Source: Centroscyllium fabricii (lineage: Eukaryota). Taken from it: DNA of 64,000 nucleotides. Within the stretch, counting starts at the first letter, position 1, and each line of letters starts with the position of its first letter. The position numbers were made by a program, and so were the translations under genes. The notes under the pieces were generated by a model. The model saw only the letters and a list, made by a program, of their open reading frames with translations, was not told where the DNA came from and ran no database searches. Shown here piece after piece: positions 38,894 to 51,669 of the stretch. The stretch is taken from contig JBNRSN020000005.1 in assembly GCA_051313645.2 (NCBI GenBank), positions 312,728,001 to 312,792,000 of the forward strand. The letters run 5' to 3'.

Positions 38894-40980
38894 TTAAGCA
38901 GATGTGGAGGCCCCTTGCTCACTTTCCTGCTGCTCCTGTCTCAGCACCTTTGGCGGGCGTCCTCTGGGGTGGCAGGCCTGTGAGGGCTCGCCAGCAGTCT
39001 GCTCCTCCTGAGGTTGTGCAGGAGTGCAGACCTCTATCTCATCTGGGTGCAGACTCTGGCAGGGCTCTGACCGAGGGCTCTGCAGTGGCATGGAAGTGTG
39101 AGCACTTGGAGAGGAGCCCCCACTTCCTGAAAGTCTGCCACCAACTTCCCTCTCATGGGTCAGGTCCCCCTCAGCGCTTGCAAGTGGCTTGAGAGCACCT
39201 TGCTGCACATCAGTGGGGCCACGGGGACCCGAATCTGCACTGGCAGTCCTACTCAGAAGGACTTCCATGAAGGGCTGGTTTCTCTGTTCAATAGATGCCC
39301 ATCGCTCCTCAAGAGATGTCATTCTATTTTGAACACTGACCATGTTTTCCATTCCCCGGCGACTAACCTCCTCCATGGCCATAGCCCTTCTCTCCTCTAC
39401 GGCAGCCATCATCTCCTCTACGGCAGCCAGCCTTGCCATGGAGGCAGCAATCATTTCCATGTAGGTTGCCATCCTTTCCATGTTGATCCGTTGATGCTCC
39501 ATTGACTCCACAAAGGCTCTGCTCATGTTCGCTATGGACTCCTCCATTCGCTCCACACTTGCAGCGACCCTGGAGACAAAACCTGCCAGAGACCCCGGCA
39601 TCTGGTCATGGAGTCCCATCACCTCTGCTCTAGCAGATGGACCCAGAGGCTGAGGGTCGACATGCAGCTGAGCTGAGCTGGCAGAGTCCTGCGCCCTCCG
39701 ACTAGGACTTTCCACTGCTGTCCCTGTCTCCACAATCTGCTGATGCTCACTTGTGAGCTGTGATACACCTGGTGACAACACTACTCTATGTCGCGAAGGT
39801 CCCACCGAGGTGTGAGTGTCTGCGCTGGTGCTGGGTGTGCTGAATACTGCTGACACTGCACCCTCAGAGGTTGGATGTTCGTCTGAGGAGTCGCTCTCCT
39901 CAGCCTCTTCCTCCTCCACTGTGGGGGCAGGGGTGCTCGATGGTCCTGTGGGGGAGTAAAGGAAAGAGTTAGAGATGTGATGGCAATGTCACATGCACCT
40001 TGCACTTTGCAGATGAGCATAAGTTCATATGATGTAGCCTCAGAATCATTATCAGTGACTCATGCAATATCAATGTGAAAGATGGAAAACTATTCTGTCA
40101 CCAGCTTGCGGGGATGCACCTGTCTCTCCGGCTCCAACTTCCGCAGCAGCATCATCCCCGGTAATTTGCTTGGCCGCCGCCTCCTCCTAGTTCAACTACC
40201 GATGGGAGCCCTCCTCCGATCCTGGCTTGCTCTCTTTTATTGTGAGCTCTCTTCTCCTACAATGAGGGAGACAAGAGGAGGTGGAGTGAGAATTAAGGAG
40301 TGAGTGTAGAGATTGCCTAGCATAGATACTTAGAGGGAGAGAAAGATGGAGTGAGGTGGCAAGACCAAGGGCCCTCCCTGTGTGTTGTCAGTTGTGTTCA
40401 TAGCAGCAGAGTGATAGGGAGTGTGAGGGCTGCATAGTGGAATAGTTCTGTGAATGTGAGCATAGAGAGAAAGGGAATGGGTAAGGGTGCATGGATGTCA
40501 GTGTCAAGTGGGATGTGAAGGAAGGGATTGCTAAAGCTGAGTGCTGCTGAGCAAAGGCAAAGGGGATCAGATTGAGGGTGATGGAAACCTCAAACTTACT
40601 TTTCCCGTTCGACGTAGGTCATTGAAGTGCTTGCGGCACTGGAGCCAAGTCCGAGTACTCATTGCCATCGCGCTGACATTCTCGGAGATCTCCAGCCAGG
40701 CCTCCCTCATTACATGATGTAATGAGCGCTGCTCACTTCACCTGAGGAAGGAGCAGCGCTCCAAAAGCTTGTGATTTCAACTAAAACTGTTGGACTATAA
40801 CCTGGTGTTGTGTGACTTCTTACATTTGTCCCTCATTACACTTGCAGGCCACCTCTTTCCCGATGCAGGGAACAGAACTTCTCGGTGGGCCCTCGCCCCG
40901 TCGACAAGAGCCTGCAGTGAGGCATCATCAAATTTGCGCGAGGGTCTGGCCCTCCCTCTGGATGCTGGCTCCTGGTCCAT
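38894..40980 (-). pseudogene. Harbinger Myb/SANT-like accessory protein, three predicted exons (about 40980-40600, 40256-40102, 39945-38894)
   Basis: RKFDDASLQALVD ... EVLFP, then REAWLEI ... RTWLQCRKHFNDL; canonical GT-AG boundaries (gtaagt, cattgtag, ccccacag); exon 1 is broken by an insertion. Confidence 0.85.
40715..40829 (+). mobile_element. Short Penelope terminal fragment with hammerhead-like core, inserted in the Myb exon
   Basis: 11-bp TSD CCCTCATTACA; CTGAGGAAGGAGCAGCGCTCCAAAAGCTTGTG (core mutated). Confidence 0.8.
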
Positions 40981-41353
40981 CGTTTCTCAAGATTCTGGAA
41001 AGTTGCAGTCAGGAAGGCTTTGTGGCTGCTTTAAAAGCACCGGCAATGATCACAGCAAGCTGGGGCAGTTATGGCTCAAAAAGCTCAATTATCAACGGCC
41101 CCGACACACTGGAAATTGATTAGCCAATTTAGCAAAAATTGCGTGGGGCTCCCGCACCCTTTACAAAGCGGGAAGAAAACGTGTTCAGCGGGAACTCCAC
41201 CAATTCCCCACACCTTGAGGAAAATCCTGCCCATAGACATCCAAATTTCCACTCGGGCCCAGGGTGCAGCTCCGGAAGGGGAATTGGAAACTCGGTCAGA
41301 ACCCGGTTCTGCCAGAATTCTGGATAAGAGGCTTGGAAATTCTGGTGGCGGGG

Positions 41354-41635
41354 TGTGGTAACCGTCATTACCATCTGTATATAGTTGTGGGTTCATCGGC
41401 GGGCCTTGTACACTGTGGGGTCACATATGGATGTATTCACCTGTATACTGCATGTAAGGCCAGGTCAGCCACACCTCTAACTCCTCCCCTCAGGTGGGAG
41501 CTTATAGGTGAGGGCCGCCCTGCCCCCGCTCATTCTCGCCTTGAACTCGACTGGAGACTAGCTCCATTATAAGTTAATAAAAGCCTATAGTTAAGGTAAC
41601 TACTCGTCTTTCTTGTCTTGATTGACGATACGTCA
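41354..41635 (+). mobile_element. Solo LTR related to Gypsy 3
   Basis: TGTGGTAACC...TACGTCA; TSD CGGGG; contains TTAATAAAAGCC. Confidence 0.92.
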
Positions 41636-42599
41636 CGGGGAAGGGCGAATCTTCCACCTGCCCACCCTGCTGCATCAGGGGGATTTATTTGGGAGTTCCC
41701 CAGGCAATTCCACGCAGTGTGCCACCTGTTAAGCCCAAATGAACCTACGCCTGATGGGAGCAGGAAAACACTCCATTATGGGACTTCATAAGGTGCAAAG
41801 ATGCCTCAGGAAAAACATAATTGAACCTAGGGCACGCGATTACCTTAAAGAGCCACCTTTGGGTGCTGAAGAGTTGTACAGATCCATTTCTGTTAGGCCC
41901 CGCCCAGGCTGCCCATGCTCTGTCGTGGCGACATGATGCCACTGATGCACCCTTACAGGTGCAGTGTGATTTGGGACATGATCGGCATTGTTCTGAGTTG
42001 GCGGACTTGGGGCCCCCCACCACCATACTTCCACCAGTGAAGCAGAGCCATCAGCATTACAGTATTACAGCCCCATATTATTTAATATACACATGAAAAA
42101 TTCCCAACTTAAAGTGAAAAATGCTCTAGCTTTCCTCAGAGCTGTTCCTGATCTGCTGCCGTAACTTCATCGGATGTGCGGTGGGGTGGATTTTCAACTG
42201 ACGTGGACTGACCACCCATTATAGAAACCGGCCAATTTAAATTTTCATTTAAATCAAAGGAATGAAAATTGGGCTGTCTTTACAAAGGATGACCGATTCA
42301 CAATGCCAGTTTTACATCGAGGTGCGAATTTGAAAATCTACCCCCAGTATGTCCTAAAATAAAATGTTGTGGCTGGTCCACCATCCGTTGTTTCTAGCTG
42401 TGTATAATTTATGTATATAATTCTCTTTAACAGACTCCTAACACCCTTTGGACATTCTACCAGGGGGTTAGGCACAAATGTAACTGTTATTGTATCTTTT
42501 CACTGTACAAGGTGTTCCCCCTAACTGTTATTGTATCTGTTTGGAGTAAAGACCTTTGTTTAATCGTTCCTGCGTGTGGACCTCATTTCTTTGGGTAGG

Positions 42600-43300
42600 A
42601 ACAGGTTCCTACAATGTCATGTTTATTGAAGCTTTTTAATGAGTGCCTTAAGCCCTGTACCAAGTTGGAGCTGGACTCCTCTATGCTTGTTGACATTGTG
42701 CACAGGCTTTCTCGAAGGCTTTCCAGTGCACCTAGCATTAGGTTATGTAGACATGTCAGCCTTCTTCTGTAGCCTGGGCCATCGACGTCCTCATCTGATT
42801 CCTCTGCAGCAGAACTAGTGTGCGATCTCTCCCGCTGGCGAGCTAGCACCTAAGCTTTCCCCTTGCCCTGCCTCCTGCGCACATGCGTCCGGTATCTCAC
42901 CACGTGCAGATCCCTCCTAGTGTCATAGAGCCATAGATTTATACAGCACAGAAAGAGGCCCTTCGGCCCATCATTTCCACGCTGGCCATCAAGCTCTCTC
43001 TATTCTAACCCCATTTTCCAGCACAAAGATTATGCCCCTCATAATTCTGTACACCTCAATCAGGTCCCCCCTCAGCCTTCTCTGCTTTAAGGAAAACAAC
43101 CCCAGCCTGTCCAGTGTCTCTTCATAGCTGAAGTGCTCCAGCCCAGGTAACATCCTGGTGAATCTCCTCTGCACCCTCTAGCCTAGCCTTTAAAATCTGT
43201 GCAGTGTCAATCTCTGAGCTGGTGGCTGCGAGTGTAAAATCGAGCAATGGTGACTCTTCACCTTCACTGTCTTCTTTCTCTTCCTCCTCTGACTGGGAAG
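42600..43300 (-). pseudogene. Relic resembling a Harbinger accessory gene, with a CR1 fragment (about 42923-43180) inserted
   Basis: SEEEEKEDSEGEE ... ATSSEIDT and MSTSIEESSSNL parallel the 38894-39919 protein; the CR1 piece reads QRRFTRMLPGLE. Confidence 0.55.
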
Positions 43301-43980
43301 GAAAATCAAAGCAATCAATAGTAAAGTCCTTGGAAGAAACTTGTTGTTTTGTCTGATGGTCCATGGAATTATGCCCTCCCTTACTCAAACAGATTGATTT
43401 CCTTTCCAGCTGCCTTACATTAGTCAATCAAGGTAATCACATTTGTTGGATATTGGACACGATATATGTTGGAAGAATTAGTTTCTGAAGTGGATTTTAC
43501 AGATAATTTAACATATAGTAATTGTACTGTTCAATCTGCATATCACCTGCCAATCCTAATGAAGGAGATCATGTCAGATACCCATCATACCAAAATGTTG
43601 TCAGTGCTGATACTAATATCAGCTCTACTGTTCATCCTATGCTATTTTATCCTCCGGAAGAAGTAAAAGTCAACAAAGATACTAATGACATAATGTAGAT
43701 ATAAAAGAGCACATGTTGAATGACAAAATGGCCCTGAATTTGTGGTCAGCAGCAAAGCGAAGGCATTCGTTGCTGGCTCCGAAGTACGCTCCGCACAAGG
43801 ATCTCGCAATCTCTGTGTCGAGAACTTCAGGTTTTCCGACACTGAATTCAATTCAACGGAACTTAATGGGAATCGCCTGGTTCGCACTGCTGTGACATCA
43901 ACCGGCTGTCTAAGCAGCCAATCAAAAGGCAGAATTCTCGCAGAGCAATCAAGGAAGTGAGGAAGCCCTTCAAATTCTAA

Positions 43981-44926
43981 GGGGGAAAAATTGGGTTGCG
44001 CCCGTTTGGGGCACTAACCTCAGAAAGTAGCGCCCCAAAAAAGTTAGCGCCGTTGCGCCTCAAATTGGGTTTTAGCGCCCCAAGTAGGAGGTGGGGTGCT
44101 ACTGCAGCGCGCAACAACTGAAGTTCGGGCCACTGTGGGTCGCTGCGCCACGCTCTGCAGCACACCGCGCCGCGGTACTGCAGACCTCCCTCCCCTTCTT
44201 AAAGAGGAGTGGCCTAGCGTGGCGCAGCCCGGAGCCCCGCTGGACCGCCGGGGATCGGAGTGCTGCCAAAGGAGCCCGGCACTCGAGGGAAGTGCTGGAC
44301 TCACGGAGCACAGCCAGCACTTTGCGGGGGGGCATCGGGAAAGGCCGGGGACGGCAGAGGGGGAAGGTGCTGGCAGGCGGCCAGCAAGAAAAATGCCCGC
44401 CCGTCATCCTCACTTTAAATAGCACTGGCCCGGCTGCAACTGCGTCCCCCTGACCCTGTCGGTGACAGAGTCCGGCGCTAAGTCAGGGGGCGCGAGTGAC
44501 GTTCGAGGCTGGGGCGCGAGCGAGGTGCTGCACATGGCGATGACATCATCACTGGTGGTGCAGCACCACGGGGCGCTACCAGCTGCCGCCAGCGCCCCGC
44601 TGAATATAAAGGGAGGCGCCAGCCCAGGCGCTAGGTGACTTGCGCCCCATTAGCAGCCCTCTTAAGGCGCTAACAGCTGGCGCAAGCTGTGATGATATTG
44701 AACAAACTTCCGGGGGAAGGTCGAATGGTGAACACTGTACATGTCACTTCCTGTGCCCAGATAGTATAAATACTAGAACTGCTCAGTATGGGGTGGATGC
44801 TTCATCTGGAAGCATGGTAAAACCCACCTTTGTAAATAGTGACAATATAGTCGATTAAAACTTTACTTTAAAGTTATTGATGTATCAGACTCATTTATTA
44901 CATCACAAGCCACCCAATTTTCCCCC
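43981..44926. mobile_element. Harbinger-type MITE, family A
   Basis: GGGGGAAAAATTGGGT ... ACCCAATTTTCCCCC; flanks TAA and CAA. Confidence 0.85.
44688..44907 (+). mobile_element. Solo LTR (220 bp) inside MITE A
   Basis: Perfect terminal inverted repeat TGTGATG/CATCACA; TATAAATA and ATTAAA; (A)AGC duplicated. Confidence 0.8.
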
Positions 44927-44952
44927 CAAACTCTTTAAAATAGTTAGAGAGA

Positions 44953-47900
44953 TGAGGTATTGTCAATTAAAACGCAAAGACGAGTAGTTACCCAAACTAT
45001 AGGCTTTTATTAACTAACAATGGAGCTGGTCTCCTGATGAGTTCAAGGCGAGAGTGAGCGGGGGCAGGGCAGCCCTCACCTATATGCTCCGACCTGAGGG
45101 GAGGAGTTAGGGGTGTGGCTGACCTGGCCTAACATACAATACCAGGTGAGAACATCAACTATATACAATGATAATTACACGGTTACCACATACACCCCTT
45201 CTTTAAAAACAAGTCTGGCGGGGTGAACGTGCCTTCTGGTGAGAGGAAGAAAGAAAAAAAAACTCAATATGTCCATTAGCAATCAAATTGCGTTATTAGT
45301 CTCTCCGGCGGTCGCATCTGCCTGGGGGACCGCTGGGGTGCCGGTAATGGTGGTGCCGGTTGCAGGGCCGGGATTGAGCTCTCCACCAATGGTGCTGGCG
45401 GTGCAGTGTCCGATCCCAGGTCGTCAATCGGTGGTGTTGAGGGCCCCGGTGTGTATATGTATGGGGGCCAGTATTCGGTGGGTGGTGGCTGGTCGGGCTG
45501 AGGCTCGACTGGGGGTTCTGCCCTAGTGCTCCCAGCGGGCGCCAGGTCCCTGATCGACACTGTATCCGCGCGCCCGTCCGGGAATGCCACGTAAGCGTAT
45601 TGCAGGTTGACGTGGAGCAGGTGCACCCGTTCCACCAGGGGGTCAGTCTTGTGGCCGCGGACGTGCTTCCTAAACAACACCGGCCACTGCGCTGTGAGCC
45701 ACAGCGGGAGTGCTGTCCCCGAAGTCGACTTCCTGGGGAAGGAAAACAACAGGTCATGAGGTGTGGAGTTAGTGACGGTACACAACAGAGAGCGCATGGC
45801 ATGGAGCGCGTCTGGGAGGACCTCCTGCCAGCGGGAAACTGGAAGGCCTCTGGACTTCAGGCCCAGGTTGACCGCCTTCCAGATGGTCCCGTTCTCCCTT
45901 TCTACCTGGCCGTTCCCCCGGGGGTTGTAACTGGTCGTTCTGCTTGAGTCAACCCCTTTCTGAAGCAGAAACTGACGCAGTTCGTCGCTCATGAACGACG
46001 ACCCCCGGTCGCTATGGATGTAGCTGGGCAGACCGAAAATGGCGAACAGCGTGGTGAAGTGTTTGATCACCGTTGCGCTCGTCATGTCTGGGCAGGGGAA
46101 GCGTGAGAACTCGTCTATGACCGTGAGGAAATACGAGTTGCGGTCAGTGGAGGGGAGGGGGCCTTTCAAGTCCACCCTCAGGCGTTCAAAGGGGCGGGTG
46201 GCCTTGATTACGTGCGCCGTGTCTGGCCTGTAAAATTGGGGTTTGCACTCGGCACAGACAGGGCACTCTTTGGTCATAGCCTTTATCTCCGTGATGGAGT
46301 AGGGGAGGCTACGGGATTTGATGAAGTGGGCGAGTCTGGTGACACCCGGGTGGCAGAGGCGATCGTGGAGGGCCTTCAGCCGGTCAAGCTGGGCGCTGGC
46401 GCACGTTCCCCTGGACAGTGCGTCCGGGGGTTCGTTGAGCTTGCCTGGACGGTAAAGAATGTCATACTCGTAAGTCGAGAGTTTGATCCACCACCGCAGG
46501 ATCTTATCATTCTTGATCTTACCCCGTTGTTTATTATTAAACATAAATGCCACCGACCATTGGTCAGTGAGCAGGGTAAAACGCTTGCCGGCCAGGTAAT
46601 GACGCCAGTAGCGCACTGCCTCCACGATGGCCTGGGCCTCCTTTTCCACCACTGAGTGGCGAGTTTCGGGTCCCTGTAGGGTCCGGGAGAAAAACGCTAT
46701 GGGCTTGCCTGCCTGGTTCAGTGTGGCGGCAAGGGTGAAGTCCGAAGCGTCACTCTCCACCTGGAAGGGGATGGACTCAGCAACGGCGTGCATGGTCGCC
46801 TTGATGATGTCTTCCTTGATCCGAGTAAATGCCGTTTGGGCTTCTTCCGAGAGGGGGGAAGACATCGGCCTTGAGGAGATGTCTGGCCTTATCCGCGTAC
46901 TGGGGGACCCATTGCGCGTAATAAGAAAAGAACCCTAGACATCTCCTCAGGGCTTTGGGGTTGTGAGGTAAGGGCAGCTGTTGCAAGGGGCGCATACACT
47001 GTGGGTCGGGGCCGAGGACCCCGTTTTCCACCACGTATCCGAGGATAGCGAGCCGATCCGTACTAAAGACACACTTGTCTTTATTGTACGTTAGGTCCAG
47101 CCGTTTCGCCGTGTGCAGGAATTTGGCGAGGTTGGCATCGTGGTCCTGCTGGTCATGGCCGCAGATGGTCACGTTGTCCAAGTAGGGGAAGGTGGCCTGC
47201 AACCCGTTCTGGTCAACCATGCGGTCCATCTCCCTCTGGAACACCGACACCCCGTTGGTCACACCAACGGTGACCCGGAGGAAGTGGAAGAGCCGGCCGT
47301 TCGCCTCGAAGGCGGTGTACTGGTGGTCGACTTTCCGGATGGGGAGTTGGTGATACGCCGACTTGAGGTCGATTGTGGAAAAGACCTTGTACTGGGCGAT
47401 CTGGTTTACCATATCCGAGATGCGGGGGAGGGGGGAGGCGTCGAGCCCGGTGTAGCGGTTAATCGTCTGGCTATAGTCGATGACCATGCGCAGTTTCTCG
47501 CCCGTCTTAACCACTACGACCTGGGCCCGCCAGGGGCTGGTGCTGGCCTCAATGATCCCTTCTTTCAGCATGCACTCAACCTCCGACCTGATGAACACCT
47601 GGTCCCCTGCACTGTAACGTCGACTTTTGGTAGCAATGGGCTTGCATTTAGGGTTGAGATTGGCGAACAGTGCGGGGGGGTCGACTTTAAATGTGGACAG
47701 GCCGCAAGTTGAGTTCCGCGTTAAGTTGGGATTCTCCCGGCTACTGACGGTGAGGGGGGCCAGGGTTTCACCGAAATCCATCGTCACGCTCTTCAGGTGA
47801 CACTGGAAATCCAGTCCCAGTAAGACTGGGGCGCACAGCTGCTGGAGTACGTACAACTTAAAGTTGCGGTAAATGCGGTCCCTGATCGTGAGCGTGATGC

Positions 47901-49567
47901 TGCAGTAGCCGGTGACGTCCGCCGTGTGGGACTTTGAGGCAAGGGAGACTTGGTAGTGCGTGGGCTGGGTCTGCAGCGCGTAGCGCCGCACTGTGTCGGG
48001 ATGTATAACGCTCTCTGTGCTACCGGTGTCGAACAGGCAGTTAGTGGCGTGCCCGTCCACCTTAATCGCCATCATGGAGTTGGACAAGGTGTGCGGCCTA
48101 GCCTGATCGACGGTGGCTGAGGCCGAAGTGTATGTGTGTGAGTGGGTGCCCTCCGCTAGCTGGGGCCCCGGCCGCGGCAGTTGGCAAGATGACCGCTCAG
48201 AAGATGGCGGCGCTGGCGATGCGCCCGTGTCCGGCTGCTGTGGACAAGATGGCGGCGCCCGTGGTTCGCACGCGGCCGACCGCTGTGGATAAGATGGCGG
48301 CGCCCGTGGTTCACACGTGGCTGACCGCAGTGGACAAGATGGCGGCGCCAGGGGGTCGCACATGGCCGGTCGCGGTCGCCTTTGGAGTGGCAGCGCCTGT
48401 GCCGCACGCGCGGCCGTCCTCCGCCGTACAGTTAAAAGGGATTGAGGCGCCCGCGATTTACCCCCGGCTGACCACTGCTGGGTTGCGCTGCAACACCGTA
48501 CCTGGAGCCATGGAGTGGCATCGCTGTTCTCACTGTTGGGTCTGGAGGTGGAGGCTGGGCTGGACTTGCACACCTTCGCGTAGTGCCCCTTCTTCGCGCA
48601 CCGCTCACAGGTCGCATTCTTCGCGGGGCACTGCGCCCGCGGGTGCTTCCCTTGGCCGCAGAAGTAGCATCTGTGCCCCACCGGTGTCTTCGCAGTCGCC
48701 GCTGCCATCATGGGGGTCTCGGCCTGTCGCTGTGTCGCCCGGGGGTCAGGGATACCGTGTGAGCCGTGGTCTCCGTACGCGTCTAGCTTTCGGAGCGCTC
48801 CATCCACCGCATTAGAGAGGGTTATTGCGGACTCGAGCGACAGTGTGTCCTGCTCCAGTAGCCGCTGGTGGGCCTGGCTGGACCTGAGTCCAGACACATA
48901 GGCATCTCGGATTAGGAGGTTCGCTTCTTCCTCCGCCGTCCTTGCCTGGCAGTCGCAGGCCCGTGCGAGGGCTTGAAGTGCTAGTAGGAACTGTTCGTTC
49001 GACTCACCGAGTCGTTGTCTTCTGGTCGCCAGAACATGCCTGGCATAGACCGAGTGGGCCGGGCGCATGTAGCAGTCCTTTCATTTCTTGACCGCTGCCT
49101 CGTAAGTGTTGAGGCCACGGATAAAAGAATACACCCGGCCGCTGATCCGTGATGAGAGTACCTGGAGTTTGTCCTCATCACTCGTAGCCTTTACGGCCTT
49201 CATGTCGGCCTCGACCAGGCCAAACCAGTGTTCGAAGTCGTCAGCAGCATCAGGTGCCTGAGGGTTTATGTCGAGGCGATCCGGTTTCACTGCGTTACTC
49301 TCCATGTTTTAAAATGTAGTTAATAAAATTGACGTATCATCAATTAAAACGCAAAGACGAGTAGTTACCCAAACTATAGGCTTTTATTAACTAACAATGG
49401 AGCTGGTCTCCTGATGAGTTCAAGGCGAGAGTGAGCGGGGGCAGGGCAGCCCTCACCTATATGCTCCGACCTGGGGGGAGGAGTTAGGGGTGTGGCTGAC
49501 CTGGCCTAACATACTATACCAGGTGAGAACATCAACTATATACAATGGTAATTACACGGTTACCACA
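44953..49567 (-). mobile_element. Gypsy LTR retrotransposon 3, near full length
   Basis: 238-bp LTRs at 49330-49567 and 44953-45190 (about 6 differences); TSD AGAGA; PPT AAAGAAGGGGTGTA. Confidence 0.96.
45276..49305 (-). pseudogene. gag-pol of Gypsy 3 in three pieces (49081-49305, 46777-49068, 45276-46865)
   Basis: Two CCHC knuckles (CYFCGQGKHPRAQC, CERCAKKGHYAKVC), FDTGS, YLDN, SDASD, integrase with GQVERENG; no chromodomain. Confidence 0.93.
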
Positions 49568-50503
49568 AGAGAGCAAAAGAAAGATTGGGATTCTCACATG
49601 GAGAAAAGGCAAACTTAACAAAGATGCACAAACTTACACCTGCCAATCCTAATCAAGGAGATCATGTCAGATATCCATCATACCAAAATATTGTCAGTAC
49701 TGATACTAATATCAGCTCTACTGTGCATCCTACATTATTTTATCCTCAAATGCTAAACTCCGGAAGAAGTAAGAATCAACAAAGACACAAAATTTTAATT
49801 TGAAAAGTTTCTTAAAAATGTAAATTTTTAGTAAAATGGGAAACCTTCACATTGCACAAAATTAAAATTCGTTTTCCAGGCCCTTAACCTTTGGTTTGCA
49901 GTCAATACACTGTTACAACCCCAGTTGCACCCAATCCCTTTGGGTCTAACTATTAGTGGGGAATTTAACAGTGTAATTACTGCAGATGAGCAGAAGTGTT
50001 TGTCAGTTTTCAGTGATTTACGAGATTTCACTGAATGCCGGCTCTGTTGGGTGTGGGGGGGGGTGGGTGTGAGGGGGGGGGGGGGGAAGCAGCACAGCCA
50101 GTTTCGCAGCTGTCATTGACAAACCGCAACTTTAGGATTTCCTCGTGCGTTTGCACGTGCACCAAATCCCGGAGTTGCGGTCAGTTTCAAAGGCGGTATG
50201 ACGGTGTACTCTGACAGTTCGCCATCATACCGATCGTAAATTCAGGGCCAACATGTGCATGAAACTAACTAGAACAGATTATTTGTAATTGCAGAATCAT
50301 TTGGGCCAAACACTCATTTACATCTTCAATTTTAATTGCGCGTGAGGATCTTTTATCTCTGCTCGAAGGGCACTTTTTGCCTCTTCCTATGTTTTGGGTG
50401 TACTACATGGTACACTATCCTCAGCCAAAACAATGGGTAAATAAGCAGCTCCAAGACCTCAAACAATGAAGCCACTGCCAGGCAGTGTGCAAGAGAACTT
50501 GTA

Positions 50504-51116
50504 CAGGTTGAGTCGGCCGGTAATCCGGCACCCGATAGTCCGGCACCTTCAGTGGTCCGGCACGAATCGAAACCGGCGGTCTTCAGTTTGCAGCGCCACC
50601 GTTGCCCGCTGTAAAGCATGTACATTTTTTTTTTTTTTTATTACATTTTTGTTTTAAATATTAAATGCCATTTTAATTAATTTTAAATATGTGATTATTT
50701 TTATTTATTTGATGTCTAGGTATATTTTCTGGGGTCTTCCAATTCATACTTATGGGGTTTCCATACATACGGAATACCGATAAGAATGAATGGGGATTCC
50801 CTTCTCTCTTTCGTTAGGTCGGCCCACGTGATCCCAGGGACGCTGGCGAACCGCCTGCACCCCGGGATACGCGGGCCTCCACCCATCAGCACCCGGAGAG
50901 TCCCAGGACCGCGAATCTCCGTACCTCCTGGACCACCAGGAAGGCGGGCAATTTATCTGTGGAAGCCTCTGACCACAAATTCAGCCCCAACAATTATCTC
51001 TGCCATTCCCTCACTCAAGGTAGCTCTGCTAATCAGTAAGTTTTCGATCCCTTCTTCAACCTTCAGTGGTTCGGAATTTTCAGTGGTCCGGCACCTGATT
51101 ATCGGAGCTCAACCTG
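50504..51116. mobile_element. Tc1/mariner-type MITE, with part of another MITE inside
   Basis: TA duplication; TIR CAGGTTGAG / CTCAACCTG; 50790-50850 is shared with 55465-55525. Confidence 0.7.
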
Positions 51117-51669
51117 TATTGCAAGAGAAGCAGCCTGACTCTCAGAGTATGAAGTTTTTTGGCTTCCACTTGATACTTCCCTAGACTGCCACCAGTGAGA
51201 CGGCGAAGTCAGTAATAGATGTTTTTGTTCAGTTTGTACTACAGGGGGGGACTTGTCAGTGGACAACACGCAGTGACATCAGAAAAACTGGATTTTGTTT
51301 GTTCTTTTTGTGCCTCATCCAACTGTAACTAATTGGAAATAAGCCAACAGTAAACTACTGGTAAAAACAAAATCAGAGAATCGTAGAAACACTTAGCTGG
51401 TCAGGCAGCAACTGAGGCGAGATCAGAGGAGTTGACGTTTTGAATGAAGTTCCTTTGCCAAAGGGTCCACGCCCGAAAGGCTTTCTTTTCTGTTCATGCC
51501 ACAGCTGCTGCCTGACCAGCTGACTATTCCCAGTATTTTCTAGTTTTGTTTGAAATTTCCAGCATCTGCATCTTTTTGCTTTTCGTGAGAATGGTTAAAC
51601 AGTGCCAGCTGAAAGATTGCTTGCCAACTGATAACTTTCATACTTGTTCATTGTTTTGCACCTCCCAAG

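Larger units (their letters stand above)
36781..41232 (+). mobile_element. Full-length PIF/Harbinger DNA transposon (transposase plus Myb/SANT-like gene), inactivated
   Basis: TIR GGGCAG(A/G)ATTTTC; TSD ATA; two convergent genes. Confidence 0.92.
43730..50249. mobile_element. Harbinger-type MITE, family B, hosting a MITE A, a solo LTR and Gypsy 3
   Basis: TIR GGCCCTGAATTT / AAATTCAGGGCC; flanks AAT and AAC. Confidence 0.65.

Noticed and set aside
50295-50436. Candidate plus-strand exon (IIWAKHSF...PQPKQW)
   Set aside because: Weak polypyrimidine tract, unrecognised peptide, and joining it to the 11663-11831 candidate creates a stop.
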